A program made the translations under genes and the position numbers. 64,000 nucleotides of DNA from an uncultured Planctomycetota bacterium (lineage in GTDB: Bacteria > Planctomycetota > Planctomycetia > Pirellulales > Pirellulaceae): contig CAVXOB010000004.1 in the NCBI GenBank assembly GCA_963763175.1, forward strand, positions 27,938 to 91,937. The letters run 5' to 3'. Below the pieces are notes generated by a model that made no database searches, had not been told where the DNA came from, and saw nothing but the letters and a program-made list of their open reading frames with translations. Position 1 is the stretch's first letter. Every line of letters begins with the position of its first letter. This document shows, piece after piece, positions 19,708-29,483 of the stretch.

Positions 19708-20715
19708 TCAGGAGCTGGATAGTCCTGCGTCTTTCATGAGTAACTGCAAATCGCTCCAGGCAGCACGCTTAGCATCAGGGTTTCGCAGCAAGTACGCCGG
19801 GTGATAAATTGCCAGTACTTTACTATCGTGATATTGATGGAGCGATTGCCGCAGACGCCCGATCGATAACTTTGTCTGCAGCAATGCTTGGGCGCTCACC
19901 GCGCCGAGGCAAATGATGTATTCGGGGCGGAGCAGTTGCAACTGCGTTTCGAAATATTCGCGGCAATTCGCCAACTCGTCGTGAGCTGGGTTTCGATTGC
20001 CGGGAGGTCGACACTTGATCGTATTGAGCAGATAGACTTCATCGCGTTTCAGATGAATCGCTTCGATCATCTTTGTGAGTAATTGCCCAGACTCACCCAC
20101 GAAGGGCCGGCCGGTCTTATCTTCCTCGGCACCGGGGGCCTCGCCGAAAAACACGAATCTTGGTTGTGGGCTACCCTCGCCAAAGACTGTCTGTGTCCTG
20201 CAACGCGCTAACGCCTTGCAGCGTGTGCAACCAGCGACAGTTTTGGCGAGCGAATCGAGCGAGGTGATAGCGTCATCCACGGGCAGCGCTGCGCCGGGGT
20301 ACGGTAGGGAGCTGACAACGGTGCTTGTGATGGGGGTGAGACGTGAAGGGCGTGGCGACTTGGTAGGTGGAGTGTCGGGCGGCTGTGGGCTCGCTGGGGT
20401 ACCAGTTGCAGGGGCTGAGGTGGATTCGGAGTCGCCGGTCGCAGCGTCAATCCCAGCTGCGGAGCTATTGACTAAATCGAATTCCGCGTCGAGCGTCGTT
20501 CTCCATTGGTCGACAGTCTCCGCTACCGAATTGGGCACGTACCTCAGGCCGCTGCGATGGAAATGAGCCAGCAACTCTCCGCTGGCACCGAGAATGTCAC
20601 CAGGCGATTGGAAATCACCCAACAGAGAAGCCTTGTCGGGGCGGTCGGCAGAGGAGAAATCGCTCAAATTGCTGATCTCGATCGAGTTTTCGTCATGTTC
20701 GTGCTGCCATGGCAT
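19708..20715 (-). CDS. Family 4 uracil-DNA glycosylase with a ~150-aa Pro/Ser/Thr-rich N-terminal extension
   Basis: Motifs seen are GCTRCKALARCRTQTVFGEG, FVFFGEAPGAEEDKTGRPFVGESGQLL, IKCRPPGNRNP and HPAYLLRNP. Confidence 0.85.
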   Translation of the reverse strand: MPWQHEHDENSIEISNLSDFSSADRPDKASLLGDFQSPGDILGASGELLAHFHRSGLRYVPNSVAETVDQWRTTLDAEFDLVNSSAAGIDAATGDSESTSAPATGTPASPQPPDTPPTKSPRPSRLTPITSTVVSSLPYPGAALPVDDAITSLDSLAKTVAGCTRCKALARCRTQTVFGEGSPQPRFVFFGEAPGAEEDKTGRPFVGESGQLLTKMIEAIHLKRDEVYLLNTIKCRPPGNRNPAHDELANCREYFETQLQLLRPEYIICLGAVSAQALLQTKLSIGRLRQSLHQYHDSKVLAIYHPAYLLRNPDAKRAAWSDLQLLMKDAGLSSS

Positions 20716-20808
20716 TCTGAAATCGCCGGCCAGAGTCTACCATGTCATGTCATTGCAGAACATGTGCAGAACAATTGTCCTCCCGCTTATCGATTTCTCG
20801 GCCCCACC

Positions 20809-22161
20809 ATGCCCGTTCCTCAAGTTGCCATCGTAGGCCGACCTAATGTTGGTAAAAGCAGTCTTTTCAATTGGCTAGCCCGCCGCAGATTGGCGATTGT
20901 CGACGATTTCGAGGGTGTGACCCGCGACCGTATGACTACGCTAATTGAAACCGACGAGCGTTATTTTGAGCTCGTCGATACCGGCGGGATGGGCGTGGAA
21001 GATGCCGATGATTTGACTGCCGATGTGAAACGGCAAATCGAGCTGGCCATCGCTTCGGCCGACGTCATTTTGTTCGTCGTCGACATCCAAACTGGAATCA
21101 TGCCGCTCGATACCGAAGTCGTTGAGCGTCTGCGAGGCGTTGAAAGACCCGTCATTTTGGTCGTTAACAAGGCCGATCAGGATCATCAGGAGATCCACGC
21201 TGAGGAGTTTCGCACCCTCGGTCGCGGCATGCTGCTTCCCGTCAGCACCATGCAAAACCGCGGTCGCGATGAGTTGCTCGAAGCGATCGTGGATCGGTTG
21301 CCTCCCGAGGATCAAACGGTGCGGCCGGAGTCCGCGATGAAGCTGACCATTGTCGGACGGCGCAACGTAGGTAAGAGCACATTCGTCAATACGCTGGCGG
21401 AGTCGGATCGGATGATCGTCAGCGAAGTTGCGGGAACGACGCGGGATAGCGTCGACGTGAACTTTGAGCTTGACGGACAGATTTTCACCGCGATCGATAC
21501 GCCAGGGCTGCGAAAACGCAAAAGCGTGCGAACCGATTTGGAATGGTATTCCACTCATCGCGCAGCCCGCAGCGTTCGCCGCGCCGATGTCGTCCTGATG
21601 TTTTTTGACGCCAGTCAGAAAACGAGTAAGGTCGACAAGCAGCTCGTCGGCTACGTGATCGAGCACCACAAACCCGTGATCTTTGTCGTCAACAAGTGGG
21701 ACCTGTACGCGGGGCAAGTCGCAACGGAGGAATGGGTCCGCTATCTGCGGCACCAGTTTACGACGTTGTCCTACGCGCCGATCGCATTCATTACTGGGCA
21801 GTCTGGTAAAAATGTCAAGACATTGCTCAATCATGCGTCCATGTTATACAAGCAGGCGCAGTCGCGTGTGACGACGGGGGAACTCAACCGCGTCGTGCGG
21901 GCCGCCATGGATGTCCACCCGCCAGCACTATTTCAGAACCGCCGCCCCAAGATTTTTTATGCCACGCAGGTCTCGACCGAACCGCCGACGATTGTGCTGA
22001 TGTGTACCGACCCGAACGCGTTCACGCATGACTATCAGCGATATCTGTTGGGTTGGTTTCGCGACCATCTGCCGTTCGGCGAAGTGCCGATCAAACTGTA
22101 CTTCCAAAAGCGAACCCGGGCGGAAGAATCCAAACAGGAAGGCCGCTCGAAATCGCGCTAG
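20809..22161 (+). CDS. der: Ribosome-associated GTPase Der (EngA)
   Basis: There are two tandem GTPase domains, with G1 motifs VAIVGRPNVGKSSLFN and LTIVGRRNVGKSTFVN, plus a KH-like C-terminus. The start was moved to ATG 20809. The longer track ORF from 20506 overlaps the UDG gene. Confidence 0.95.
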   Translation: MPVPQVAIVGRPNVGKSSLFNWLARRRLAIVDDFEGVTRDRMTTLIETDERYFELVDTGGMGVEDADDLTADVKRQIELAIASADVILFVVDIQTGIMPLDTEVVERLRGVERPVILVVNKADQDHQEIHAEEFRTLGRGMLLPVSTMQNRGRDELLEAIVDRLPPEDQTVRPESAMKLTIVGRRNVGKSTFVNTLAESDRMIVSEVAGTTRDSVDVNFELDGQIFTAIDTPGLRKRKSVRTDLEWYSTHRAARSVRRADVVLMFFDASQKTSKVDKQLVGYVIEHHKPVIFVVNKWDLYAGQVATEEWVRYLRHQFTTLSYAPIAFITGQSGKNVKTLLNHASMLYKQAQSRVTTGELNRVVRAAMDVHPPALFQNRRPKIFYATQVSTEPPTIVLMCTDPNAFTHDYQRYLLGWFRDHLPFGEVPIKLYFQKRTRAEESKQEGRSKSR

Positions 22162-22279
22162 GGCGACACTTTGCCGGTTTTTCCCGTCAATTCGCCTCAA
22201 CCGGTCGGCCGGGTTGTGCCGATGAATCGGAGTGTCGCTCATTGCGAGCCATACTCCAATCGTCCAACGGGAAAATCAC

Positions 22280-22678
22280 GTGATTCGTCGATTCATACTG
22301 CTGTCCGCCGCCTGCGGCGTGATCGCAATTTCTGCTGCTGCGGGCAGTAACGCTGCGGCTCAGATGCCCGTCCCCGGAATGGTGGGCGGTGCGGGAGCTA
22401 TGGGTGGCCCAGGTGCCGGGTACACCAACCAACAGGCCTTTGGTCAAGCCTGGGGTGGCTCGGCGGCCAACGTTGACTGGAACCGGTTTTACCACTATCC
22501 CTACGTGTACTATCCCCAGAATTTCTGGGGGCAAGAGTATTTTAAGAGCAGTGATAGTCTCTACCACCGCTATCCCACCGAGATGCGAATCCCGGTCTAC
22601 AATAAACAGTGGCATAATTACTATCCCAGCAACCGCCGGTTCCATCGAGGCCACCACTTCATCCTCGACACGTTCTAA
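22280..22678 (+). CDS. Small secreted Tyr/Trp/His-rich hypothetical protein
   Basis: A GTG at 22280 gives the signal peptide (M)IRRFILLSAACGVIAISAAAGSNAAAQ (the track start is 22232). The aromatic-rich C-terminal part reads WNRFYHYPYVYYPQNFWGQEYF...YNKQWHNYYPSNRRFHRGHH. Confidence 0.6.
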   Translation: MIRRFILLSAACGVIAISAAAGSNAAAQMPVPGMVGGAGAMGGPGAGYTNQQAFGQAWGGSAANVDWNRFYHYPYVYYPQNFWGQEYFKSSDSLYHRYPTEMRIPVYNKQWHNYYPSNRRFHRGHHFILDTF

Positions 22679-22680
22679 GC

Positions 22681-22779
22681 GGCGATCCGAAAAGAGGTCT
22701 GGCCCTTTGGAGGCGATTCATTCTACACGATTTTTAATAGCCTCGCCGGAGAGGGTCCGACCCCATTTCGGACAGGTCC
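22681..22779. repeat. Palindromic REP/MITE-like element, copy B
   Basis: The arms are GGCGATCCGAAAAGAGGTCTGGCCCTTTGGAGGCGA and CCTCGCCGGAGAGGGTCCGACCCCATTTCGGACAGGTCC. It starts 3 nt after the TAA stop at 22676-22678. Confidence 0.7.
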
Positions 22780-22810
22780 TAACCACTTTTTTCGCAAGGC
22801 TTGATCCGCC

Positions 22811-24235
22811 TTGAGCTCACCGTCACGACCTACCGCCGCCGGTTCGCCGCGTCGCGCACGAGCGGGCACACTGCCGCGTTTGTTAGAGTCCACCGCCGCG
22901 TGCGTGTGGCTGATCGACGCTTCCGGAAAGATCGCGTATCTCTCACCTGCCATGCGCGCATGGTTCGGGGTGGAGGATGACGTGTCGGAATCGATGACGG
23001 AACTGCTAACGCTCGACCGGGCATCGCTCGCTGCGGGCGACTACGTCCGGGGACACTTGACCCGCAGGCTGCACGTCCCGCAAGATGCCCCAGGTCACAC
23101 TGATGCCCAGGCGAAAGTTGCCATCGCTCATTTTGTAATGCTCGATGCGTGGCCTGTGGCTTTACCAGAGACAGCGGATGCAGGTTTGATCCTGGGTTGC
23201 TTCGGTGACTATCTTCCTGATACGGAAATTCCGTGGGAAGCTTGGTTTGGCGAGCGCGGCGTTCGTGATGCTGCAAATCTGGATGCGGAATTGGCTCGGT
23301 TTCGGGGGCAACAGAAACGGCATGCCAATCTGTTGCTTGCCGGCAGTAGCACACCTTCGAGGCAACTGCGTGGCCGCGTTGAGTTAGCATGTCGCATTCG
23401 CTGCCATGTCGGTCTAACGGGGCCATCGGGCTGCGGCGCTGAGGAAATTGCGTCTTTAATACATCACACCTCCGCGGCTGGGGAGGCGATTGTTTGTCTC
23501 GACGCATCGTTAATGGACGCGGAGTTGCTCGAAGTTTACGCGGCGCCGGTCATCGCTGACCTGCGAGAGCAAGCTGAATCGGCCGGCACGCTATGTTTGG
23601 ATCGACTGGACGAGATGCCAGCGGATGCGCAGGCCCGACTAGTCGAGTGGTTAGATGCTTGGCCGGACCGACTGCGATTAATCGGGATTCTGAATGACGA
23701 ACTGCCTTCAGAATGCGAAGCGATACAACTGAGCGATGCAATTGCCGACGCCATGGAGATCTTTCGAGTTTGTATTCCACCGTTAGCGTCGCGTCGCGTG
23801 GATCTCGATCTGATCGCGACTGGATGGGTTCGCTCGGCGAGACTTTCGCGCGAAGCGTTGGAATTGATTCAGTCGTATCCATGGCCCGGGCAATGGAGCG
23901 AGTTTACTGCTGCGTTGCAGTTTGCAGTAGAAACGGTGACCGGAGACCGCATTGGTCGCGAGCATCTTCCTCTGGCGATTCGATCCTACCGTGCACCGTC
24001 ACACGTCGGTAGTCGGGTCAGTCGCCATGAACACGAGGTTACGATCGCACCACCGCTGCCCTCGTTAAAGGATTTTCGAATCGATTCGCTCGATGATGCT
24101 GTCAGCGAGTATGAGTCTGAACTGATCAATCAAGCCATGGCGGCGGCTGAGGGTAACAAAGCGGACGCGGCGCGGCGGCTCGGGATCAGCCGCTCGCGGC
24201 TGTTGCGTAAACTCGTTGGAGACTCACGGTCATGA
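22811..24235 (+). CDS. Sigma-54-activator-like (bEBP-like) regulator with a degenerate AAA+ domain and a C-terminal Fis-type HTH
   Basis: Seen in the 474-aa ORF:
- A Walker-A-like GPSGCGAE in place of GESGTGKE.
- A Walker-B-like TLCLDRLDEM.
- IPPLASRRVDL (compare IPPLReR).
- SYPWPGQWSEF (compare YxWPGNvREL).
- The HTH segment GNKADAARRLGISRSRLLRKL.
- No GAFTGA loop between Walker A and Walker B. Confidence 0.65.
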   Translation: MSSPSRPTAAGSPRRARAGTLPRLLESTAACVWLIDASGKIAYLSPAMRAWFGVEDDVSESMTELLTLDRASLAAGDYVRGHLTRRLHVPQDAPGHTDAQAKVAIAHFVMLDAWPVALPETADAGLILGCFGDYLPDTEIPWEAWFGERGVRDAANLDAELARFRGQQKRHANLLLAGSSTPSRQLRGRVELACRIRCHVGLTGPSGCGAEEIASLIHHTSAAGEAIVCLDASLMDAELLEVYAAPVIADLREQAESAGTLCLDRLDEMPADAQARLVEWLDAWPDRLRLIGILNDELPSECEAIQLSDAIADAMEIFRVCIPPLASRRVDLDLIATGWVRSARLSREALELIQSYPWPGQWSEFTAALQFAVETVTGDRIGREHLPLAIRSYRAPSHVGSRVSRHEHEVTIAPPLPSLKDFRIDSLDDAVSEYESELINQAMAAAEGNKADAARRLGISRSRLLRKLVGDSRS

Positions 24236-24660
24236 CCACGATGAACCTGGCTCGTGAGCCGGAACTGATCGCATGGTGGATTGGCGATGAGGCGTACCGG
24301 TGGCAAGAGACATTTCTCGCCTGGCTCAGCGGAGCCGACTCGCCGAGCGCTGCTCCAACGATCTGCCGAGTCCAGCTTGTTGGACGAAGTGCCCTTTCAC
24401 TGCCGCGCCTGCCCATGCGTGGAAACAAGCTGGCCGGTTCGAGTTCGCCCCTAGTGATATGGGCAATTCCTGAATTCGGAATAGCGGATTTGATCCATCA
24501 GATCGATCACACTCGCCATACAAGATCTGGCTACACGCATATCACAGCGGGGTTGGTTTCGCCAAGAGAGCGGATGGTTCTTAGCGAGGTGGGGGTCGCG
24601 GCACACGTCCAAAAACCCTGTGATTGGACTGCCTTTCACCATTTGTTTCGCGTTAGATGA
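24232..24660 (+). CDS. Hypothetical protein, possibly a degenerate receiver-like domain
   Basis: The start overlaps the stop of the preceding regulator (ATGA at 24232-24235). The C-terminal ...GLVSPRERMVLSEVGVAAHVQKPCDW resembles the end of a REC domain (Ga..yl.KP). No clear phospho-acceptor Asp context is present. Confidence 0.45.
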   Translation: MTTMNLAREPELIAWWIGDEAYRWQETFLAWLSGADSPSAAPTICRVQLVGRSALSLPRLPMRGNKLAGSSSPLVIWAIPEFGIADLIHQIDHTRHTRSGYTHITAGLVSPRERMVLSEVGVAAHVQKPCDWTAFHHLFRVR

Positions 24661-24735
24661 CTCGCGACGCAGCAAATCTACTCACAGAATCCGCTCAATC
24701 GGAGTTACACGGAATGCTATTGTTCGACTTGCTCA

Positions 24736-27219
24736 TTAAAACACAAACACGAATTCATTCCAGTTCAGTACGCTCAGCGCGTAGAGGGCTTCGGCTCGTT
24801 CGGGTTTGAGATTGCTATCGTTGATGAAGGAGTTCATCAGCTGTCTGCCGTCCATGATTTCTTGTTCGGTCGCATCGCGGCCGAGAACGCGGTGGAGAAT
24901 CCCGCTAACCAAGAGGCCGCGGTCAGCCGTGATGGCCTCATCCGTAGTTCCCTGGGCGTGGAGCTGCTCACGGACGGACGCGAGTAGCTGGTGCGCCTTC
25001 TTATGAATAAACTCGCTGTTGAGTAGCGACATCGCTTGGCCCGGTTGCAACGTGACGAAGCGAGCTTCGCATGTCGTATCGGGCTCGGGGAAGTCGAATG
25101 CCGCGAGCATGGGCGTCAACAGCGAACGTTTGACGTGGATGTAGACACTGCGGCGGTTGCGGTCCAATTCACTGGAGTCTCCCCAGCCTTTTCCGGGCAC
25201 CGATTGGCCCGCCAAGACTTCGGGCGAGAGTTCCTCGTAGAAACTGGGGCCATAGGTTTCCAAATTGATTGTTCCAGCGACCGTGAGGATGGTATCACGA
25301 ACCTCCTCAGCGGTCAGCCGGCGCGGATCGAATCGCCAATACAGATCATTATTCGGGTCGATGACCGATGTGTTTCCGACGGCCGCAGCCTGCTCGGGCG
25401 TTAAGGCTGCGGCAGCTTGATAGGTTTTACTTGTCATCATGAATCGATGCATCTCTTTGAACTTCCAGCCCTTGTCCATGAATACATGGGCGAGATAGTC
25501 GAGCAGCTCGGGGTGCGTTGGCGGAGTGCCGAGCTGACCAAAGTTGTTCGTTGATCGCACGATGCCCCGGCCAAAGTGGTGCTGCCAAATGCGGTTCGCG
25601 ATGACGCGAGTGGTGAGACGATTGTCGGGTGTTGCGATCCAGCGTGCGAAAGCCAAGCGTCGCATAGCCGCGTCAATCGGCGGATCGGCGCCCGCAAAAA
25701 CTTTGGTTTCGAAAATCTCAGGCACGCGAGGTGTGACTGGATCCGTCGGTGAGTGCGGATTGCCACGAAACATCACGAAGGTCTCTGCCATCTCTTGCTT
25801 TTGGGCCAGCCCGAGTACTTGCTCACGTGGAGGCAGTTCGTTGCGACGCTTCTTAGCGTTCGAAAGCTCGTTTCCAAGTTCCGCATAGCGACTGCGTTGC
25901 TCAGGTGTCAGGTGCTGGTCGAGCTTTTCACGTAGCACCTTGTTGCGTTCTTTGCGGCTACCCTCAGTGGCGCGTTGGTCGGGAGCCGACATCTTGACGA
26001 TGCCCGCCTGCTCGATTTCAGCACGTTCCTTTTCAATACGGGCAAGGTCTTCGTCGCTCTGTTGATATTGCACCAGTAATTCGGGCGAGGTGATATCGAT
26101 TTGATTAAAAGCAGTGCCATTGCCCCGCGTACCATAAGGTGTCACGTCGGCAAAGATCGCCAGCATGCCGTAATAGTCGGTTGTGGGTATGGGATCAATC
26201 TTGTGATCGTGGCAGCGGGCACAGTTGACTGTCAGTCCCAGAAAGGCTTGTCCGGTCGTCGTGACAAGATCGTCAAGCTCGTCGTAGCGGGCCTGTAGCG
26301 GATCTGCGGGCTCGTCGTCCCAGATCCCCAGTCGGTAGTAGCCGGTGGCAGTTCTTGATTCCGTTGTGGGATACTCGAACAGATCGCCAGCAAGTTGCTC
26401 TTGAATGAATTGGTCGTAAGGTTTGTCTTCATTGAACGAGCGGATGACATAGTCGCGAAATTTCCAAGCGTTAGGTTTCGCGTCGTCGCGTTCGAAAGAG
26501 TTCGTCTCGGCATAGCGAACGAGGTCGAGCCAGTGCCGACCCCACTTTTCGCCATAGTGTTCAGAAGCGAGTAGGCGGTCGATAAGTTCCTCGTAGGCAT
26601 GCGGGTCGGGATCATTGGCGAACGCTTCAACCTCTTCGGGCGTCGGTGGCAGACCGACCAAGTCATAGGTGGCGCGGCGAATCAGGGTGCGTTTGTCAGC
26701 AGGTGGGGCCTGCTGCAGTCCCGCTTCGGCGAGTCGCTTGAGCACGAACGCATCGATGGGATGAACTTCATCGCCCGCGGTTTGGACTTCCGGGACGGCC
26801 GGATCGGTGAGCGGTTCGAACGCCCAATGCTTGCTGAATGTTGCGCCTTCTTCGATCCACCGCTTCAGCAATGCGACTTCGTCTTCAGTTAACGGATCGC
26901 CTTCGGGTGGCATCCGCTCGTATTCGTCGTCGCTGGTGATGCGAGTCACCATTGCGCTCTCAACCGGTTCGCCGGGAACGATCGCGTACTCGCCTGATTC
27001 TGACTCGACGAGGGCTAAATCTGCATCGTGAAACGCGAGCCCTCCTTCGGCTTGATCGGGGCCATGGCAGGCGAAACAGCGACGGGCCAGCAGGGGCTGG
27101 ACATCGCGAGCGTAGTCCAAATCAGCGGCAGTTGCTGCGTCAGCAATCAGCACGCCGCCCAGGGCAGCGACAACGACAGAGCAAGCCAAAATGGATCGGA
27201 AAGACAGAAGAGGCATCAC
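24736..27219 (-). CDS. PSD1 / planctomycete cytochrome-c domain protein (PSCyt + DUF1549 + DUF1553)
   Basis: 827 aa with a signal peptide. The heme-binding motif is CFACHGPDQAEGGL. The DUF1549 block is RRATYDLVGLPPTPEEVEAF...YGEKWGRHWLDLVRYAET. The DUF1553 block is NCARCHDHKIDPIPTTDYY. Confidence 0.9.
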   Translation of the reverse strand: MMPLLSFRSILACSVVVAALGGVLIADAATAADLDYARDVQPLLARRCFACHGPDQAEGGLAFHDADLALVESESGEYAIVPGEPVESAMVTRITSDDEYERMPPEGDPLTEDEVALLKRWIEEGATFSKHWAFEPLTDPAVPEVQTAGDEVHPIDAFVLKRLAEAGLQQAPPADKRTLIRRATYDLVGLPPTPEEVEAFANDPDPHAYEELIDRLLASEHYGEKWGRHWLDLVRYAETNSFERDDAKPNAWKFRDYVIRSFNEDKPYDQFIQEQLAGDLFEYPTTESRTATGYYRLGIWDDEPADPLQARYDELDDLVTTTGQAFLGLTVNCARCHDHKIDPIPTTDYYGMLAIFADVTPYGTRGNGTAFNQIDITSPELLVQYQQSDEDLARIEKERAEIEQAGIVKMSAPDQRATEGSRKERNKVLREKLDQHLTPEQRSRYAELGNELSNAKKRRNELPPREQVLGLAQKQEMAETFVMFRGNPHSPTDPVTPRVPEIFETKVFAGADPPIDAAMRRLAFARWIATPDNRLTTRVIANRIWQHHFGRGIVRSTNNFGQLGTPPTHPELLDYLAHVFMDKGWKFKEMHRFMMTSKTYQAAAALTPEQAAAVGNTSVIDPNNDLYWRFDPRRLTAEEVRDTILTVAGTINLETYGPSFYEELSPEVLAGQSVPGKGWGDSSELDRNRRSVYIHVKRSLLTPMLAAFDFPEPDTTCEARFVTLQPGQAMSLLNSEFIHKKAHQLLASVREQLHAQGTTDEAITADRGLLVSGILHRVLGRDATEQEIMDGRQLMNSFINDSNLKPERAEALYALSVLNWNEFVFVF

Positions 27220-27530
27220 GCGGAGGCTAGTTTTCTAGGAGGCAGAGGCGGGAGGCGTCGAATTGCCGACGCCGGAGGGAACTGTATTTTGATCGAAAAA
27301 CGGCGACTTGATAACCGGGAAAACAGTGAAAATAGAATGCCTTCAGTTGGGGTGGCATTTTTCCAAAGTTCGTTACAATGTGTGGCTTGTCTATCGGGCC
27401 AGCGGGAGTCCCTGTGATCGGTCTGGCGAGCGTTTCGCGCGTGCAATGAACCATTCGTGCAATGAGCCATTTCCGCGAGACGCGTCGCGTTACCTGTTTG
27501 TTATGTGACCCTGAACGAGAGAAAAGAAAC

Positions 27531-28871
27531 ATGTCGCAAGTCGCTACGGAACGACTGCCCTACAAAGTTCGAGACATTTCGCTGGCCGAATACGGTCGCA
27601 AAGAAATCGAGCTGGCCCAAAACGAAATGCCTGGCCTGATGGCACTGCGTAAGAAATACGGCCCATCGAAGCCATTGGCGGGTGCCCGGATCGCCGGTTG
27701 CCTCCACATGACGATTCAAACTGCGGTTTTGATCGAGACCCTGGTTGAGCTCGGCGCCGAAGTGACCTGGAGTAGCTGCAATATTTTCAGCACGCAAGAC
27801 CACGCTGCGGCAGCGATCGCGAAGGCTGGTATTCCCGTCTATGCCTGGAAGGGCATGAGCGATGCCGAATTCGATTGGTGCATCGAGCAGACGCTGCACT
27901 TTCCTTCGGGAGAGCCGCTCAACATGATTTTGGACGATGGTGGGGATCTGACCGCGATGGTCCATGACAAGTTCCCGGAGCTGCTTGGCGAAATTCGCGG
28001 AATCAGCGAAGAAACCACCGCTGGAATCCACCGCCTCGAAGTGCTCAACCGCAGCGGTAAACTCCGCGTTCCCGCGATCAACGTCAATGACTCGGCGACC
28101 AAGAGTAAGTTCGACAACCTGTACGGTTGCCGCGAATCGCTTGCCGACGGTGTCAAGCGAGCCACCGACGTGATGTTGGCCGGTAAGGTCGCCGTTGTCT
28201 GTGGATACGGCGATGTCGGCAAAGGCTGTGCCCAGAGCCTGCAGCGTTATGGCTGCCGCGTCCTCGTAACAGAAATCGATCCAATCAACGCGCTGCAAGC
28301 CGCAATGGAAGGTTTCGAAGTCACTACGATGGAAGAGGCGTGCAAAGAAGGCCGTTTGTTCGTCACCACGACAGGCAACAAGGACATCATCCTCGGCCAA
28401 CACATGGTCGAAATGGCCAACGATGCGATTCTGTGCAACATCGGCCACTTCGATACCGAAATTGACGTCGCTTGGCTGGAAGCTCAAGTCACCGCTGGGA
28501 AAGCGACAAAGAGCGAGATCAAACCGTCGGACATCGGTGCCGTCGATCGCTACACGTTCCAGGACAGCGGACGCAGCATCCTCATTCTCGCCAAGGGACG
28601 TTTGGTGAATCTGGGCTGTGGGACCGGCCACCCGAGTTTCGTGATGAGCACTTCGTTCACCAACCAAGTCCTCGCGCAGCTCGAGCTGTGGAAACGGGAA
28701 GAACAGTACGACAATAAGGTTTACATGTTGCCCAAACGTCTCGATGAAGAAGTCGCCCGGCTGCACCTCGGACAACTCGGTGTGAAGTTGACGACGCTGA
28801 CCCAGGACCAAGCCGATTACCTCGGCGTGCCTGTCGAAGGTCCTTACAAACCGGATCACTACCGGTACTAA
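27531..28871 (+). CDS. ahcY: Adenosylhomocysteinase
   Basis: Seen are [46 protein letters not shown], the NAD site [12 protein letters not shown] and the C-terminal YKPDHYRY. The start was moved to ATG 27531. Confidence 0.95.
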   Translation: MSQVATERLPYKVRDISLAEYGRKEIELAQNEMPGLMALRKKYGPSKPLAGARIAGCLHMTIQTAVLIETLVELGAEVTWSSCNIFSTQDHAAAAIAKAGIPVYAWKGMSDAEFDWCIEQTLHFPSGEPLNMILDDGGDLTAMVHDKFPELLGEIRGISEETTAGIHRLEVLNRSGKLRVPAINVNDSATKSKFDNLYGCRESLADGVKRATDVMLAGKVAVVCGYGDVGKGCAQSLQRYGCRVLVTEIDPINALQAAMEGFEVTTMEEACKEGRLFVTTTGNKDIILGQHMVEMANDAILCNIGHFDTEIDVAWLEAQVTAGKATKSEIKPSDIGAVDRYTFQDSGRSILILAKGRLVNLGCGTGHPSFVMSTSFTNQVLAQLELWKREEQYDNKVYMLPKRLDEEVARLHLGQLGVKLTTLTQDQADYLGVPVEGPYKPDHYRY

Positions 28872-28924
28872 GCAGCGGTATGGAATTAGATGCGTCAAAT
28901 CGCGTTAACCCAAACGCGATAGCT

Positions 28925-28983
28925 TTCGGCACACTCATTGGAAATTCACCCGTCAATTTCGCTCCCCCAACGAGTGTGCCGAA
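28925..28983. other. 12-bp inverted repeat with ~35-nt loop downstream of ahcY
   Basis: TTCGGCACACTC at 28925-28936 pairs with GAGTGTGCCGAA at 28972-28983. It is not followed by a T-tract, so it is not a canonical intrinsic terminator. Confidence 0.3.
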
Positions 28984-29483
28984 CGTGGCCCAACGCAATC
29001 GCCGGCGAATGGATACGACTCGTCAGTCATGAGTCGACGAGGCAACGAGTTTCTTCACGCTGGATATATCGTCTTATCTTCTTTGCAAATTTTGCTTTGT
29101 TGTCACTCAACACATTGGGCGGTGAGTTCACATTGGACGGTGACTTCAGTGCCTCGTCAGGGTGAAGCCATCTGCCGTATTTTGCAACAGCGTTCAGGCC
29201 TTCGCGGAGGGGGTTGCGTGGCGTTCACGGCGTCGTTTCAACGAGATGGGCACCCGTCGCGTATCCGATTCGGCAAGGCTACTTTGCTGCCAAACGATTT
29301 TCAGAATCGATCGCACCAACTCGCTCCATCGCCTTAATTGTCAGTGCGATTAATCGGATGCGGCAACTAGGCTTGGATACCTGGACCGAGGGAAATAGGA
29401 TACTCTGTGGGCATGACGCCCCACCCCCTCTCTCGTGGTGGCCCGCATTCTTTCATCCTGTTTGATTCCAAATTTTTCTGCAT

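Noticed and set aside
20506-20808. N-terminal extensions in the ORF track for der, and likewise for ahcY (27462), the PKS (32723), the 15517 ORF, the 9640 ORF, ParA (15080), the IS110 transposase (62034) and the O-MT (41802)
   Set aside because: In each case a downstream start aligns with the conserved family N-terminus or a signal peptide and removes overlap with neighbouring genes. The longest-ORF starts are artefacts.
20941-21834. 297-aa minus-strand ORF antisense to der
   Set aside because: der, with its two GTPase domains, is clearly the real gene. This is a shadow ORF.
27220-27530. Possible SAH riboswitch in the leader of ahcY
   Set aside because: I could not find the conserved SAH-riboswitch core. 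The only clear hairpin (GGCGTCG-AATTGC-CGACGCC, about 27254-27273) lies about 260 nt from the ahcY start and close to the divergent PSD1 gene. An Infernal scan would be needed to exclude it formally.
27501-28898. 465-aa ORF on the minus strand exactly antisense to ahcY
   Set aside because: The plus-strand product is an unmistakable adenosylhomocysteinase. The antisense translation has no recognisable motifs and a skewed composition (Arg/Val/Asp-rich). Long antisense ORFs are a common artefact opposite strongly codon-biased genes.
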